Part shown: piece by piece, positions 9,551 through 23,049 of the stretch
Numbering within the stretch: position 1 is the stretch's first letter
How the letters are laid out: the number at the start of each line of letters is the position of its first letter
Source of the DNA: Eledone cirrhosa
Taxonomy: Eukaryota
Assembly: GCA_964016885.1 (NCBI GenBank)
Contig: OZ024748.1
Coordinates: 39,308,001-39,372,000, forward strand
Direction: 5' to 3'
DNA: 64,000 nucleotides
The notes under the pieces: generated by a model
The model's input: the letters and a program-made list of their open reading frames with translations, nothing else
Told to the model about the DNA's origin: nothing
Databases searched by the model: none
Program-made: the position numbers and the translations under genes

Positions 9551-12480
9551 TATTTCTAATGAAAGACACTGTCTATGTGATTAACCCTGTCGTTACCATA
9601 TTTCTAATGAAAGTTACTGTCTATGTCAGTAACCCTGTCATTACCATATTTCTAATGAAAGACACTGTCTATGTCATTAACCCTTTCATTACCATATTTC
9701 TAATGAAAGACAATGTCTATTTCATTAACCCTTTCATTACCATATTTCTAATGAAAGACACTGACTATGTCATTAACCCTTTCATTACCATATTTCTAAT
9801 GAAAGACACAGTCTATGTCATTAATCCTTTCATTACCATATTTCTAATGAAAGTCACTGTCTATGTCATTAACCCTTTCATTACCATATTTCTAATGAAA
9901 GACACTGTCTATGTGATTAACCCTGTCATTACCATATTTCTAATGAAAGTTACTGTCTATGTCATTAACCCTTTCATTACCATATTTCTAATGAAAGTCA
10001 CTGTCTATGTCATTAACCCTTTCATTACTATATTTCTAATGAAAGACACATTCTATGTCATTAATCCTTTCATTACCATATTTCTAATGAAAGACACATT
10101 CTATGTCATTAACCCTGTCATTACCATATTTCTAATGAAAGTCAGTCTATGTCATTAACCCTTTCATTACCATATTTCTAATGAAAGACACTGTCTATGT
10201 GATTAACCCTGTCGTTACCATATTTCTAATGAAAGTTACTGTCTATGTCAGTAACCCTGTCATTACCATATTTCTAATGAAAGACACTGTCTATGTCATT
10301 AACCCTTTCATTACCATATTTCTAATGAAAGACACTGTCTATTTCATTAACCCTTTCATTACCATATTTCTAATGAAAGACACTTTCTATGTCATTAACC
10401 CTTTCATTACCATATTTCTAATGAAAGACACTGTCTATGTCATTAACCCTTTCATTACCATATTTCTAATGAAAGTCACTGTCTATGTCATTAACCCTTT
10501 CATTACCATATTTCTAATGAAAGACACTGTCTATGTCATTAACCCTTTCATTACCATATTTCTAATGAAAGTCATTGTCTATGTCATTAACCCTTTCATT
10601 ACCATATTTCTAATGAAAGTCATTGTCTATGTCATTAACCCTTTCATTACCATATTTCTAATGAAAGTCACTGTCTATTTCATTAACCCTTTCATTACCA
10701 TATTTCTAATGAAAGACACTGTCTATGTCATTAACCCTTTCATTACCATATTTCTAATGAAAGACACTGTCTATGTCATTAACCCTTTCATTACCATATT
10801 TCTAATGAAAGACACATTCTGTGTCATTAATCCTTTCATTACCATATTTCTAATGGAAGTCACTGTCTATGTCATTAACCCTTTCATTACCATATTTCTA
10901 ATGAAAGTCACTGTCTATGTCATTAACCCTTTCATTACCATATTTCTAATGAAAGTCACTGTCTATGTCATTAACCCTTTCATTACCATATTTCTAATGA
11001 AAGACACAGTCTATGTCATTAATCCTTTCATTACCATATTTCTAATGAAAGTCACTGTCTATGTCATTAACCCTTTCATTACCATATTTCTAATGAAAGA
11101 CACTGTCTATGTGATTAACCCTGTCATTACCATATTTCTAATGAAAGTTACTATCTATGTCAGTAACCCTGTCATTACCATATTTCTAATGAAAGTGACT
11201 GTCTATGTCATTAACCCTTTCATTACCATATTTCTAATGAAAGACACTGTCTATGTGATTAACCCTGTCGTTACCATATTTCTAATGAAAGTTACTGTCT
11301 ATGTCAGTAACCCTGTCATTACCATATTTCTAATGAAAGACACTGTCTATGTCATTAACCCTTTCATTACCATATTTCTAATGAAAGACAATGTCTATTT
11401 CATTAACCCTTTCATTACCATATTTCTAATGAAAGACACTGACTATGTCATTAACCCTTTCATTACCATATTTGTAATGAAAGACACAGTCTATGTCATT
11501 AATCCTTTCATTACCATATTTCTAATGAAAGTCACTGTCTATGTCATTAACCCTTTCATTACCATATTTCTAATGAAAGACACTGTCTATGTGATTAACC
11601 CTGTCATTACCATATTTCTAATGAAAGTTACTGTCTATGTCATTAACCCTTTCATTACCATATTTCTAATGAAAGTCACTGTCTATGTCATTAACCCTTT
11701 CATTACTATATTTCTAATGAAAGACACATTCTATGTCATTAATCCTTTCATTACCATATTTCTAATGAAAGACACATTCTATGTCATTAACCCTGTCATT
11801 ACCATATTTCTAATGAAAGTCAGTCTATGTCATTAACCCTTTCATTACCATATTTCTAATGAAAGACACTGTCTATGTGATTAACCCTGTCGTTACCATA
11901 TTTCTAATGAAAGTTACTGTCTATGTCAGTAACCCTGTCATTACCATATTTCTAATGAAAGACACTGTCTATGTCATTAACCCTTTCATTACCATATTTC
12001 TAATGAAAGACACTGTCTATTTCATTAACCCTTTCATTACCATATTTCTAATGAAAGACTCTTTCTATGTCATTAACCCTTTCATTACCATATTTCTAAT
12101 GAAAGACACTGTCTATGTCATTAACCCTTTCATTACCATATTTCTAATGAAAGTCACTGTCTATGTCATTAACCCTTTCATTACCATATTTCTAATGAAA
12201 GACACTGTCTATGTCATTAACCCTTTCATTACCATATTTCTAATGAAAGTCATTGTCTATGTCATTAACCCTTTCATTACCATATTTCTAATGAAAGTCA
12301 TTGTCTATGTCATTAACCCTTTCATTACCATATTTCTAATGAAAGTCACTGTCTATTTCATTAACCCTTTCATTACCATATTTCTAATGAAAGACACTGT
12401 CTATGTCATTAACCCTTTCATTACCATATTTCTAATGAAAGACACTGTCTATGTCATTAACCCTTTCATTACCATATTTC
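9125..12480. repeat. 1,678-bp (35 monomers minus 2 bp) tandem higher-order duplication, 2 copies
   Basis: Markers at constant offset 1678: GACACATTCTGTG 9133/10811, GTGACT 9517/11195, GACAATGTC 9709/11387, GACTATG 9763/11441, 2-bp deletion GTCAGTC 10141/11819, GTCATTGTC 10571/12249. Confidence 0.9.
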
Positions 12481-15400
12481 TAATAAAAGTCACTGTCTAT
12501 GTCATTAACCCTTTCATTACCATATTTCTAATGAAAGTCACTGTCTATGTCATTAACCCTTTCATTACTATATTTCTAATGAAAGACACATTCTATGTCA
12601 TTAATCCTTTCATTACCATATTTCTAATGGAAGTCACTGTCTATGTCATTAACCCTTTCATTACCATATTTCTAATGAAAGTCACTGTCTATGTCATTAA
12701 CCCTTTCATTACCATATTTCTAATGAAAGTCACTGTCTATGTCATTAACCCTTTCATTACCATATTTCTAATGAAAGACACATTCTATGTCATTAATCCT
12801 TTCATTACCATATTTCTGATGAAAGTCACTGTCTATGTCATTAACCCTTTCATTACCATATTTCTAATAAAAGTCACTGTCTATGTCATTAACCCTTTCA
12901 TTACCATATTTCTAATGAAAGTCACTGTCTATGTCATTAACCCTTTCATTACCATATTTCTAATGAAAGACACATTCTATGTCATTAATCCTTTCATTAC
13001 CATATTTCTAATGGAAGTCACTGTCTATGTCATTAACCCTTTCATTACCATATTTCTAATAAAAGTCACTGTCTATGTCATTAACCCTTTCATTACCATA
13101 TTTCTAATGAAAGACACTGTCTATGTGATTAAGCCTGTCATTACCATATTTCTAATGAAAGTTACTGTCTATGTCAGTAAACCTGTCTTTACCATATTTC
13201 TAATGAAAGTCACTGTCTATGTCATTAACCCTTTCATTACCATATTTCTAATGAAAGACACTGTCTATGTCATTAACCCTTTCATTACCATATTTCTAAT
13301 GAAAGTCACTGTCTATGTCATTAACCCTTTCATTACCATATTTCTAATGAAAGGCACTGTCTATGACATTAACCCTTTCATTACCATATTTCTAATGAAA
13401 GTCACTGTCTATGTCATTAATCCTTTCATTACCATATTTCTAATGAAAGTCACTGTCTATGTCATTAACCCTTTCATTACCATATTTCTAATGAAAGACA
13501 CTGTCTATGTCATTAACCCTTTCATTACCATATTTCTAATGAAAGTCACTGTCTATGTCATTAACCCTTTCATTACCATATTTCTAATGAAAGACACAGT
13601 CTATGTCATTAATCCTTTCATTACCATATTTCTGATGAAAGTCACTGTCTATGTCATTAACCCTTTCATTACCATATTTCTAATAAAAGTCACTGTCTAT
13701 GTCATTAACCCTTTCATTACCATATTTCTAATGAAAGTCACTGTCTATGTCATTAACCCTTTCATTACCATATTTCTAATGAAAGACACATTCTGTCATT
13801 AATCCTTTCATTACCATATTTCTAATGGAAGTCACTGTCTATGTCATTAACCCTTTCATTACCATATTTCTAATGAAAGTCACTGTCTATGTCATTAACC
13901 CTTTCATTACCATATTTCTAATGAAAAACACTGCCTATGTGATTAAGCCTGTCATTACCATATTTCTAATGAAAGTTACTGTCTATGTCAGTAACCCTGT
14001 CATTACCATATTTCTAATGAAAGTCACTGTCTATGTCATTAACCCTTTCATTACCATATTTCTAATTAAAGACACTGTCTATGTCATTAACCCTTTCATT
14101 ACCATATTTCTAATGAAAGACACTGTCTATGCAATTAACCCTTTCATTAACATATTTCTCACAAAAGCCACTGTTTGTGTCATTGACCATTTCATTACCA
14201 TATTTCTAATGAAAGACACTGTCTATGCAATTAACTCTTTCATTAACATATTTCTCACAAAAGCCACTGTTTATGTCATTGACCATTTCATTACCATATT
14301 TCTAATGAAAGACATTGTCTATGTCAATAACACATTCATTACCATATTTCTAATGAAAGACACTGCCGATGTCATTAACCCTTTCATTACCATATTTCTG
14401 AGACTGTCTATTTCATTAACCCTTTCATTACCATATTTCTAATGAAAGACACTGTCTATGTCATTAACCCTTTCATTACCATATTTCTAATGAAAGACAC
14501 TGTTTATTTCATTAACCCTTTCATTACCATATTTCTAATGAAAGTCACAGTCTATGTCATTAATCCTTTCATTACCATATTTCTAATGAAAGTCACTGTC
14601 TATGTCATTAACCCTTTCATTACCATATTTCTAATGAAAGACACTGTCTATGTGATTAACCCTGTCATTACCATATTTCTAATGAAATTTACTGTTTATG
14701 TCAGTAACCCTGTCATTACCATATTTCTAATGAAAGTCACTGTCTATATCATTAACCCTTTCATTACCATATTTCTAATGAAAGACACTGTCTATATCAT
14801 TAACCCTTTCATTACCATATTTCTAATGAAAGACACTGTCTATTTCATTAACCCTTTCATTACCATATTTCTAATGAAAGTCACTGTCTATGTCATTAAC
14901 CCTTTCATTACCATATTTCTAATGAAAGACACTGTCTAAGTGATTAACCCTGTCGTTACCATATTTCTAATGAAAGTTACTGTCTATGTCAGTAACCCTG
15001 TCATTACCAAATTTCTAATGAAAGACACTGTCTATATCATTAACCCTTTCGTTTCCATATTTCTAATGAAAGACACTGTCTATTTCATTAACCCTTTCAT
15101 TACCATATTTCTAATGAAAGACACTGTCTATGTCATTAACCCTTTCATTACCATATTTCTAATGAAAGACACTGTCTATGTCATTAACCCTTTCATTACC
15201 ATATTTCTAATGAAAGTCACTGTCTATGTCATTAACCCTTTCATTACCCTATTTCTAATGAAAGACACTGTCTATGTCATTAACCCTTTCATTACCATAT
15301 TTCTAATGAAAGTCACTGTCTATGTCATTAACCCTTTCATTACCATATTTCTAATGAAAGACACATTCTATGTCATTAATCCTTTCATTACCATATTTCT

Positions 15401-17629
15401 AATGGAAGTCACTGTCTATGTCATTAACCCTTTCATTAACATATTTCTAATGAAAGTGACTGTCTATGTCATTAACCCTTTCATTACCATATTTCTAATG
15501 AAAGTCACTGTCTATGTCATTAACCCTTTCATTTCCATATTTCTAATGAAAGACACAATCTATGTCATTAATCCTTTCATTACCATATTTCTAATGAAAG
15601 TCACTGTCTATGTCATTAACCCTTTCATTACCATATTTCTAATAAAAGTCACTGTCTATTTCATTAACCCTTTCATTACCATATTTCTAATGAAAGACAC
15701 TGTCTATGTCATTAATCCTTTCATTACCATATTTCTAATGGAAGTCACTGTCTATGTCATTAACCCTTTCATTACCATATTTCTAATGAAAGTCACTGTC
15801 TATCTCATTAACCCTTTCATTACCATATTTCTAATGAAAGACACTGTCTATTTCATTAACCCTTTCATTACCATATTTCTAATGAAAGACACTGTCTATG
15901 TCATTAACCCTTTCATTACCCTATTTCTAATGAAAGACACTGCCAATGTCATTAACCCTTTCATTACCATATTTCTGACACTGTCTATGTCATTAACCCT
16001 TTCATTACCATATTTCTAATGAAAGACACAGTCTATGTCATTAATCCTTTCATTACCATATTTCTAATGAAAGACATTGTCTATGTCAATAACACATTCA
16101 TTACCATATTTCTAATGAAAGACACTGCCGATGTCATTAACCCTTTCATTACCATATTTCTAATGAAAGTCACTGTCTATGTCATTAACCCTTTCATTAC
16201 CATATTTCTAATGAAAGACACAGTCTATGTCATTAATCCTTTCATTACCATATTTCTAATGAAAGTCACTGTCTATGTCATTAACCCTTTCATTACCATA
16301 TTTCTAATGAAAGACACTGTCTATGCAATTAACCCTTTCATTAACATATTTCTCACAAAAGCCACTGTTTATGTCATTGACCATTTCATTACCATATTTC
16401 TAATGAAAGACATTGTCTATGTCAATAACACATTCATTACCATATTTCTAATGAAAGACACTGCCGATGTCATTAACCCTTTCATTACCATATTTCTAAT
16501 GAAAGTCACTGTCTATGTCATTAACCCTTTCATTACCATATTTCTAATGAAAGACACAGTCTATGTCATTAATCCTTTCATTACCATATTTCTAATGAAA
16601 GTCACTGTCTATGTCATTAACCCTTTCATTACCATATTTCTAATGAAAGACACTGTCTATGTCATTAACCTTTTCATTACCATATTTCTAATAAAAGTCA
16701 CTGTCTATGTCATTAACCCTTTCATTACCATATTTCTAATGAAAGTCACTGTCTATGTCATTAACCCTTTCATTACTATATTTCTAATGAAAGACACATT
16801 CTATGTCATTAATCCTTTCATTACCATATTTCTAATGGAAGTCACTGTCTATGTCATTAACCCTTTCATTACCATATTTCTAATGAAAATCACTGTCTAT
16901 GTCATTAACCCTTTCATTACCATATTTCTAATGAAAGTCACTGTCTATGACATTAACCCTTTCATTACCATATTTCTAATGAAAGACACTGTCTATGTCA
17001 TTAACACTTTCATTACCATATTTCTAATGAAAGACACTGCCTATGTCATTAACACTTTCATTACCATATTTCTAATGTAAGACACTGTCTGTCATTAACC
17101 CTGTCATTACTATATTTCTAATGAAAGACACTGCCTATGTCATTAATCCTTTCATTACCATATTTCTAATGAAAGTCACTGTCTATGTCATTAATCCTTT
17201 CATTACCATATTTCTAATGAAAGTCACTGTCTATGTCATTAACCCTTTCATTACCATATTTCTAATGAAAGACACTGTCTATGTCATTAACCCTTTCATT
17301 ACCATATTTCTAATGAAAGTCACTGTCTATGTCATTAACCCTTTCATTACCATATTTCTAATGAAAGACACAGTCTATGTCATTAATCCTTTCATTACCA
17401 TATTTCTGATGAAAGTCACTGTCTATGTCATTAACCCTTTCATTTCCATATTTCTAATGAAAGACACATTCTGTCATTAATCCTTTCATTACCATATTTC
17501 TAATGGAAGTCACTGTCTATGTCATTAACCCTTTCATTACCATATTTCTAATGAAAGTCACTGTCTATGTCATTAACCCTTTCATTACCATATTTCTAAT
17601 GAAAGTCACTGTCTATGTCATTAACCCTT

Positions 17630-20420
17630 TCATTACCATATTTCTAATGAAAGACACTGCCTATGTGATTAAGCCTGTCATTACCATATTTCTAATGAAA
17701 GTTACTGTCTATGTCAGTAACCCTGTCATTACCATATTTCTAATGAAAGTCACTGTCTATGTCATTAACCCTTTCATTACCATATTTCTAATGAAAGACA
17801 CTGTCTATGTCATTAACCCTTTCATTACCATATTTCTAATGAAAGACACTGTCTATGCAATTAACCCTTTCATTAACATATTTCTCACAAAAGCCACTGT
17901 TTGTGTCATTGACCATTTCATTACCATATTTCTAATGAAAGACACTGTCTATGCAATTAACTCTTTCATTAACATATTTCTCACAAAAGCCACTGTTTAT
18001 GTCATTGACCATTTCATTACCATATTTCTAATGAAAGACATTGTCTATGTCAATAACACATTCATTACCATATTTCTAATGAAAGACACTGCCGATGTCA
18101 TTAACCCTTTCATTACCATATTTCTGAGACTGTCTATTTCATTAACCCTTTCATTACCATATTTCTAATGAAAGACACTGTCTATGTCATTAACCCTTTC
18201 ATTACCATATTTCTAATGAAAGACACTGTTTATTTCATTAACCCTTTCATTACCATATTTCTAATGAAAGTCACAGTCTATGTCATTAATCCTTTCATTA
18301 CCATATTTCTAATGAAAGTCACTGTCTATGTCATTAACCCTTTCATTACCATATTTCTAATGAAAGACACTGTCTATGTGATTAACCCTGTCATTACCAT
18401 AGTTCTAATGAAATTTACTGTTTATGTCAGTAACCCTGTCATTACCATATTTCTAATGAAAGTCACTGTCTATGTCATTAACCCTTTCATTACCATATTT
18501 CTAATGAAAGACACTGTCTAAGTGATTAACCCTGTCGTTACCATATTTCTAATGAAAGTTACTGTCTATGTCAGTAACCCTGTCATTACCAAATTTCTAA
18601 TGAAAGACACTGTCTATATCATTAACCCTTTCATTACCATATTTCTAATGAAAGACACTGTCTATTTCATTAACCCTTTCATTACCATATTTCTAATGAA
18701 AGACACTGTCTATGTCATTAACCCTTTCATTACCATATTTCTAATGAAAGACACTGTCTGTGTCATTAACCCTTTCATTACCATATTTCTAATGAAAGTC
18801 ACTGTCTATGTCATTAACCCTTTCATTATCCTATTTCTAATGAAAGACACTGTCTATGTCATTAACCCTTTCATTACCATATTTCTAATGAAAGTCACTG
18901 TCTATGTCATTAGCCCTTTCATTACCATATTTCTAATGAAAGACACATTCTATGTCATTAATCCTTTCATTACCATATTTCTAATGGAAGTCATTGTCTA
19001 TGTCATTAACCCTTTCATTACCATATTTCTAATGAAAGTCACTGTCTATGTCATTAACCCTTTCATTACCATATTTCTAATGAAAGACACTGCCTATGTG
19101 ATTAAGCCTGTCATTACCATATTTCTAATGAAAGTTACTGTCTATGTCAGTAACCCTGTCATTACCATATTTCTAATGAAAGTCACTGTCTATGTCATTA
19201 ACCCTTTCATTACCATATTTCTAATGAAAGACACTGTCTATGTCATTAACCCTTTCATTACCATATTTCTAATGAAAGACACTGTCTATGCAATTAACCC
19301 TTTCATTAACATATTTCTCACAAAAGCCACTGTTTGTGTCATTGACCATTTCATTACCATATTTCTAATGAAAGACACTGTCTATGCAATTAACTCTTTC
19401 ATTAACATATTTCTCACAAAAGCCACTGTTTATGTCATTGACCATTTCATTACCATATTTCTAATGAAAGACATTGTCTATGTCAATAACACATTCATTA
19501 CCATATTTCTAATGAAAGACACTGCCGATGTCATTAACCCTTTCATTACCATATTTCTGAGACTGTCTATTTCATTAACCCTTTCATTACCATATTTCTA
19601 ATGAAAGACACTGTCTATGTCATTAACCCTTTCATTACCATATTTCTAATGAAAGACACTGTTTATTTCATTAACCCTTTCATTACCATATTTCTAATGA
19701 AAGTCACAGTCTATGTCATTAATCCTTTCATTACCATATTTCTAATGAAAGTCACTGTCTATGTCATTAACCCTTTCATTACCATATTTCTAATGAAAGA
19801 CACTGTCTATGTGATTAACCCTGTCATTACCATATTTCTAATGAAATTTACTGTTTATGTCAGTAACCCTGTCATTACCATATTTCTAATGAAAGTCACT
19901 GTCTATGTCATTAACCCTTTCATTACCATATTTCTAATGAAAGACACTGTCTAAGTGATTAACCCTGTCGTTACCATATTTCTAATGAAAGTTACTGTCT
20001 ATGTCAGTAACCCTGTCATTACCAAATTTCTAATGAAAGACACTGTCTATATCATTAACCCTTTCATTACCATATTTCTAATGAAAGACACTGTCTATTT
20101 CATTAACCCTTTCATTACCATATTTCTAATGAAAGACACTGTCTATGTCATTAACCCTTTCATTACCATATTTCTAATGAAAGACACTGTCTATGTCATT
20201 AACCCTTTCATTACCATATTTCTAATGAAAGTCACTGTCTATGTCATTAACCCTTTCATTACCCTATTTCTAATGAAAGACACTGTCTATGTCATTAACC
20301 CTTTCATTACCATATTTCTAATGAAAGTCACTGTCTATGTCATTAACCCTTTCATTACCATATTTCTAATGAAAGACACATTCTATGTCATTAATCCTTT
20401 CATTACCATATTTCTAATGG
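17630..20420. repeat. 1,433-bp (30 monomers minus 7 bp) tandem duplication; related copy at ~13920-15400
   Basis: ORF-track landmarks 18168/19601 and 18522/19955 are 1433 apart; shared 7-bp deletion, AAATTTACTGTT and GTCTAAGTG markers. Boundaries are approximate. Confidence 0.8.
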
Positions 20421-21139
20421 AAGTCACTGTCTATGTCATTAACCCTTTCATTAACATATTTCTAATGAAAGTGACTGTCTATGTCATTAACCCTTTCATT
20501 ACCATATTTCTAATGAAAGTCACTGTCTATGTCATTAACCCTTTCATTTCCATATTTCTAATGAAAGACACAATCTATGTCATTAATCCTTTCATTACCA
20601 TATTTTTAATGAAAGACACTGTCTATTTCATTAACCCTTTCATTACCATATTTCTAATAAAAGTCACTGTCTATTTCATTAACCCTTTCATTACCATATT
20701 TCTAATGAAAGACACTGTCTATGTCATTAATCCTTTCATTACCATATTTCTAATGGAAGTCACTGTCTATGTCATTAACCCTTTCATTACCATATTTCTA
20801 ATGAAAGTCACTGTCTATCTCATTAACCCTTTCATTACCATATTTCTAATGAAAGACACTGTCTATTTCATTAACCCTTTCATTACCATATTTCTAATGA
20901 AAGACACTGTCTATGTCATTAACCCTTTCATTACCCTATTTCTAATGAAAGACACTGCCAATGTCATTAACCCTTTCATTACCATATTTCTGACACTGTC
21001 TATGTCATTAACCCTTTCATTACCATATTTCTAATAAAAGACACTGTCTATATCATTAACCCTTTCATTACCATATTTCTAATGAAAGACACTGTCTATG
21101 CAATTAACCCTTTCATTAACATATTTCTCACAAAAGCCA

Positions 21140-23049
21140 CTGTCTATGTCATTAACCCTTTCATTACCATATTTCTAATGAAAGTCACTGTCTATGTCAT
21201 TAACCCTTTCATTACCATATTTCTAATGAAAGACACTGTCTATGTGATTAAACCTGTCATTACCATATTTCTAATGAAAGTTACTGTCTATGTCAGTAAC
21301 CCTGTCATTACCATATTTCTAATGAAAGTCACTGTCTATGTCATTAACCCTTTCATTACCATATTTCTAATGAAAAACACTGTCTATCTCATTAACCCTT
21401 TCATTACCATATTTCTAATGAAAGACACTGTCTAGGTCATTAACCCTTTCATTACCATATTTCTAATGAAAGACACTGTCTATGCAATTAACCCTTTCCT
21501 TACCATATTTCTAATGAAAGTCACTGTCTATGTCATTAACCCTTTCATTACCATATTTCTAATGAAAGTCACTGTCTATGTCATTAACCCTTTCATTACC
21601 ATATTTCTAATGAAAGTCACTGTCTATGTCATTAACCCTTTCATTACCATATTTCTAATGAAAGTCACTGTCTATTTCATTAACCCTTTCATTACCATAT
21701 TTCTAATGAAAGACACTGTCTATGTCATTAACCCTTTCATTACCATATTTCTAATGAAAGACACTGTCTATGTCATTAACCCTTTCATTACCTTATTTCT
21801 AATAAAAGTCACTGTCTATGTCATTAACCCTTTCATTACCATATTTCTAATGAAAGTCACTGTCTATGTCATTAACCCTTTCATTACCATATTTCTAATG
21901 AAAGACACATACTATGTCATTAATCATTTCATTACCATATTTCTAATGGAAGTCACTGTCTATGTCATTAACCCTTTCATTACCATATTTCTAATGAAAG
22001 TCACTTTCTATTTCATTAACCCTTTCATTACCATATTTCTAATGAAAGACACTGTCTATGTCATTAACCCTTTCATTACCATATTTCTAATGAAAGTCAC
22101 TGTCTATGTCATTAACCCTTTCATTACCATATTTCTAATGAAAGACACTGTCTATGTCATTAACCCTTTCATTACCATATTTCTAATGAAAGACACTGTC
22201 TATGTCATTAACCCTTTCATTACCATATTTCTAATAAAAGTCACTGTCTATGTCATTAACCCTTTCATTACCATATTTCTAATGAAAGTCACTGTCTATG
22301 TCATTAACCCTTTCATTACCATATTTCTAATGAAAGACACATTCTATGTCATTAATCCTTTCATTACTATATTTCTAATGGAAGTCACTGTCTATGTCAT
22401 TAACCCTTTCATTACCATATTTCTAATGAAAGTCACTGTCTATGTCATTAACCCTTTCATTACCATATTTCTAATGAAAGTCACTGTCTATGTCATTAAC
22501 CCTTTCATTACCATATTTCTAATGAAAGACACAGTCTATGTCATTAATCCTTTCATTACCATATTTCTAATGAAAGTCACTGTCTATGTCATTAACCCTT
22601 TCATTACCATATTTCTAATGAAAGACACTATATATGTGATTAACCCTGTCATTACCATATTTCTAATGAAAGTCACATTCTATGTCATTAATCCTTTCAT
22701 TACCATATTTCTAATGGAAGTCACTGTCTATGTCATTAACCCTTTCATTACCATATTTCTAATGGAAGTCACTGTCTATGTCATTAACCCTTTCATTACC
22801 ATATTTCTAATGAAAGACACTGTCTATGTGATTAAACCTGTCATTACCATATTTCTAATGAAAGTTACTGTCTATGTCAGTAACCCTGTCATTACCATAT
22901 TTCTAATGAAAGTCACTGTCTATGTCATTAACCCTTTCATTACCATATTTCTAATGAAAAACACTGTCTATCTCATTAACCCTTTCATTACCATATTTCT
23001 AATGAAAGACACTGTCTAGGTCATTAACCCTTTCATTACCATATTTCTA
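21140..23049. repeat. Left-type block embedded in the middle zone (mostly a copy of ~1450-3125)
   Basis: Carries GTCTAGG, AAAAACACTGTCTATCTC, GACACATAC and ACCTTA markers that I otherwise saw only in the first ~6.6 kb. Confidence 0.85.
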
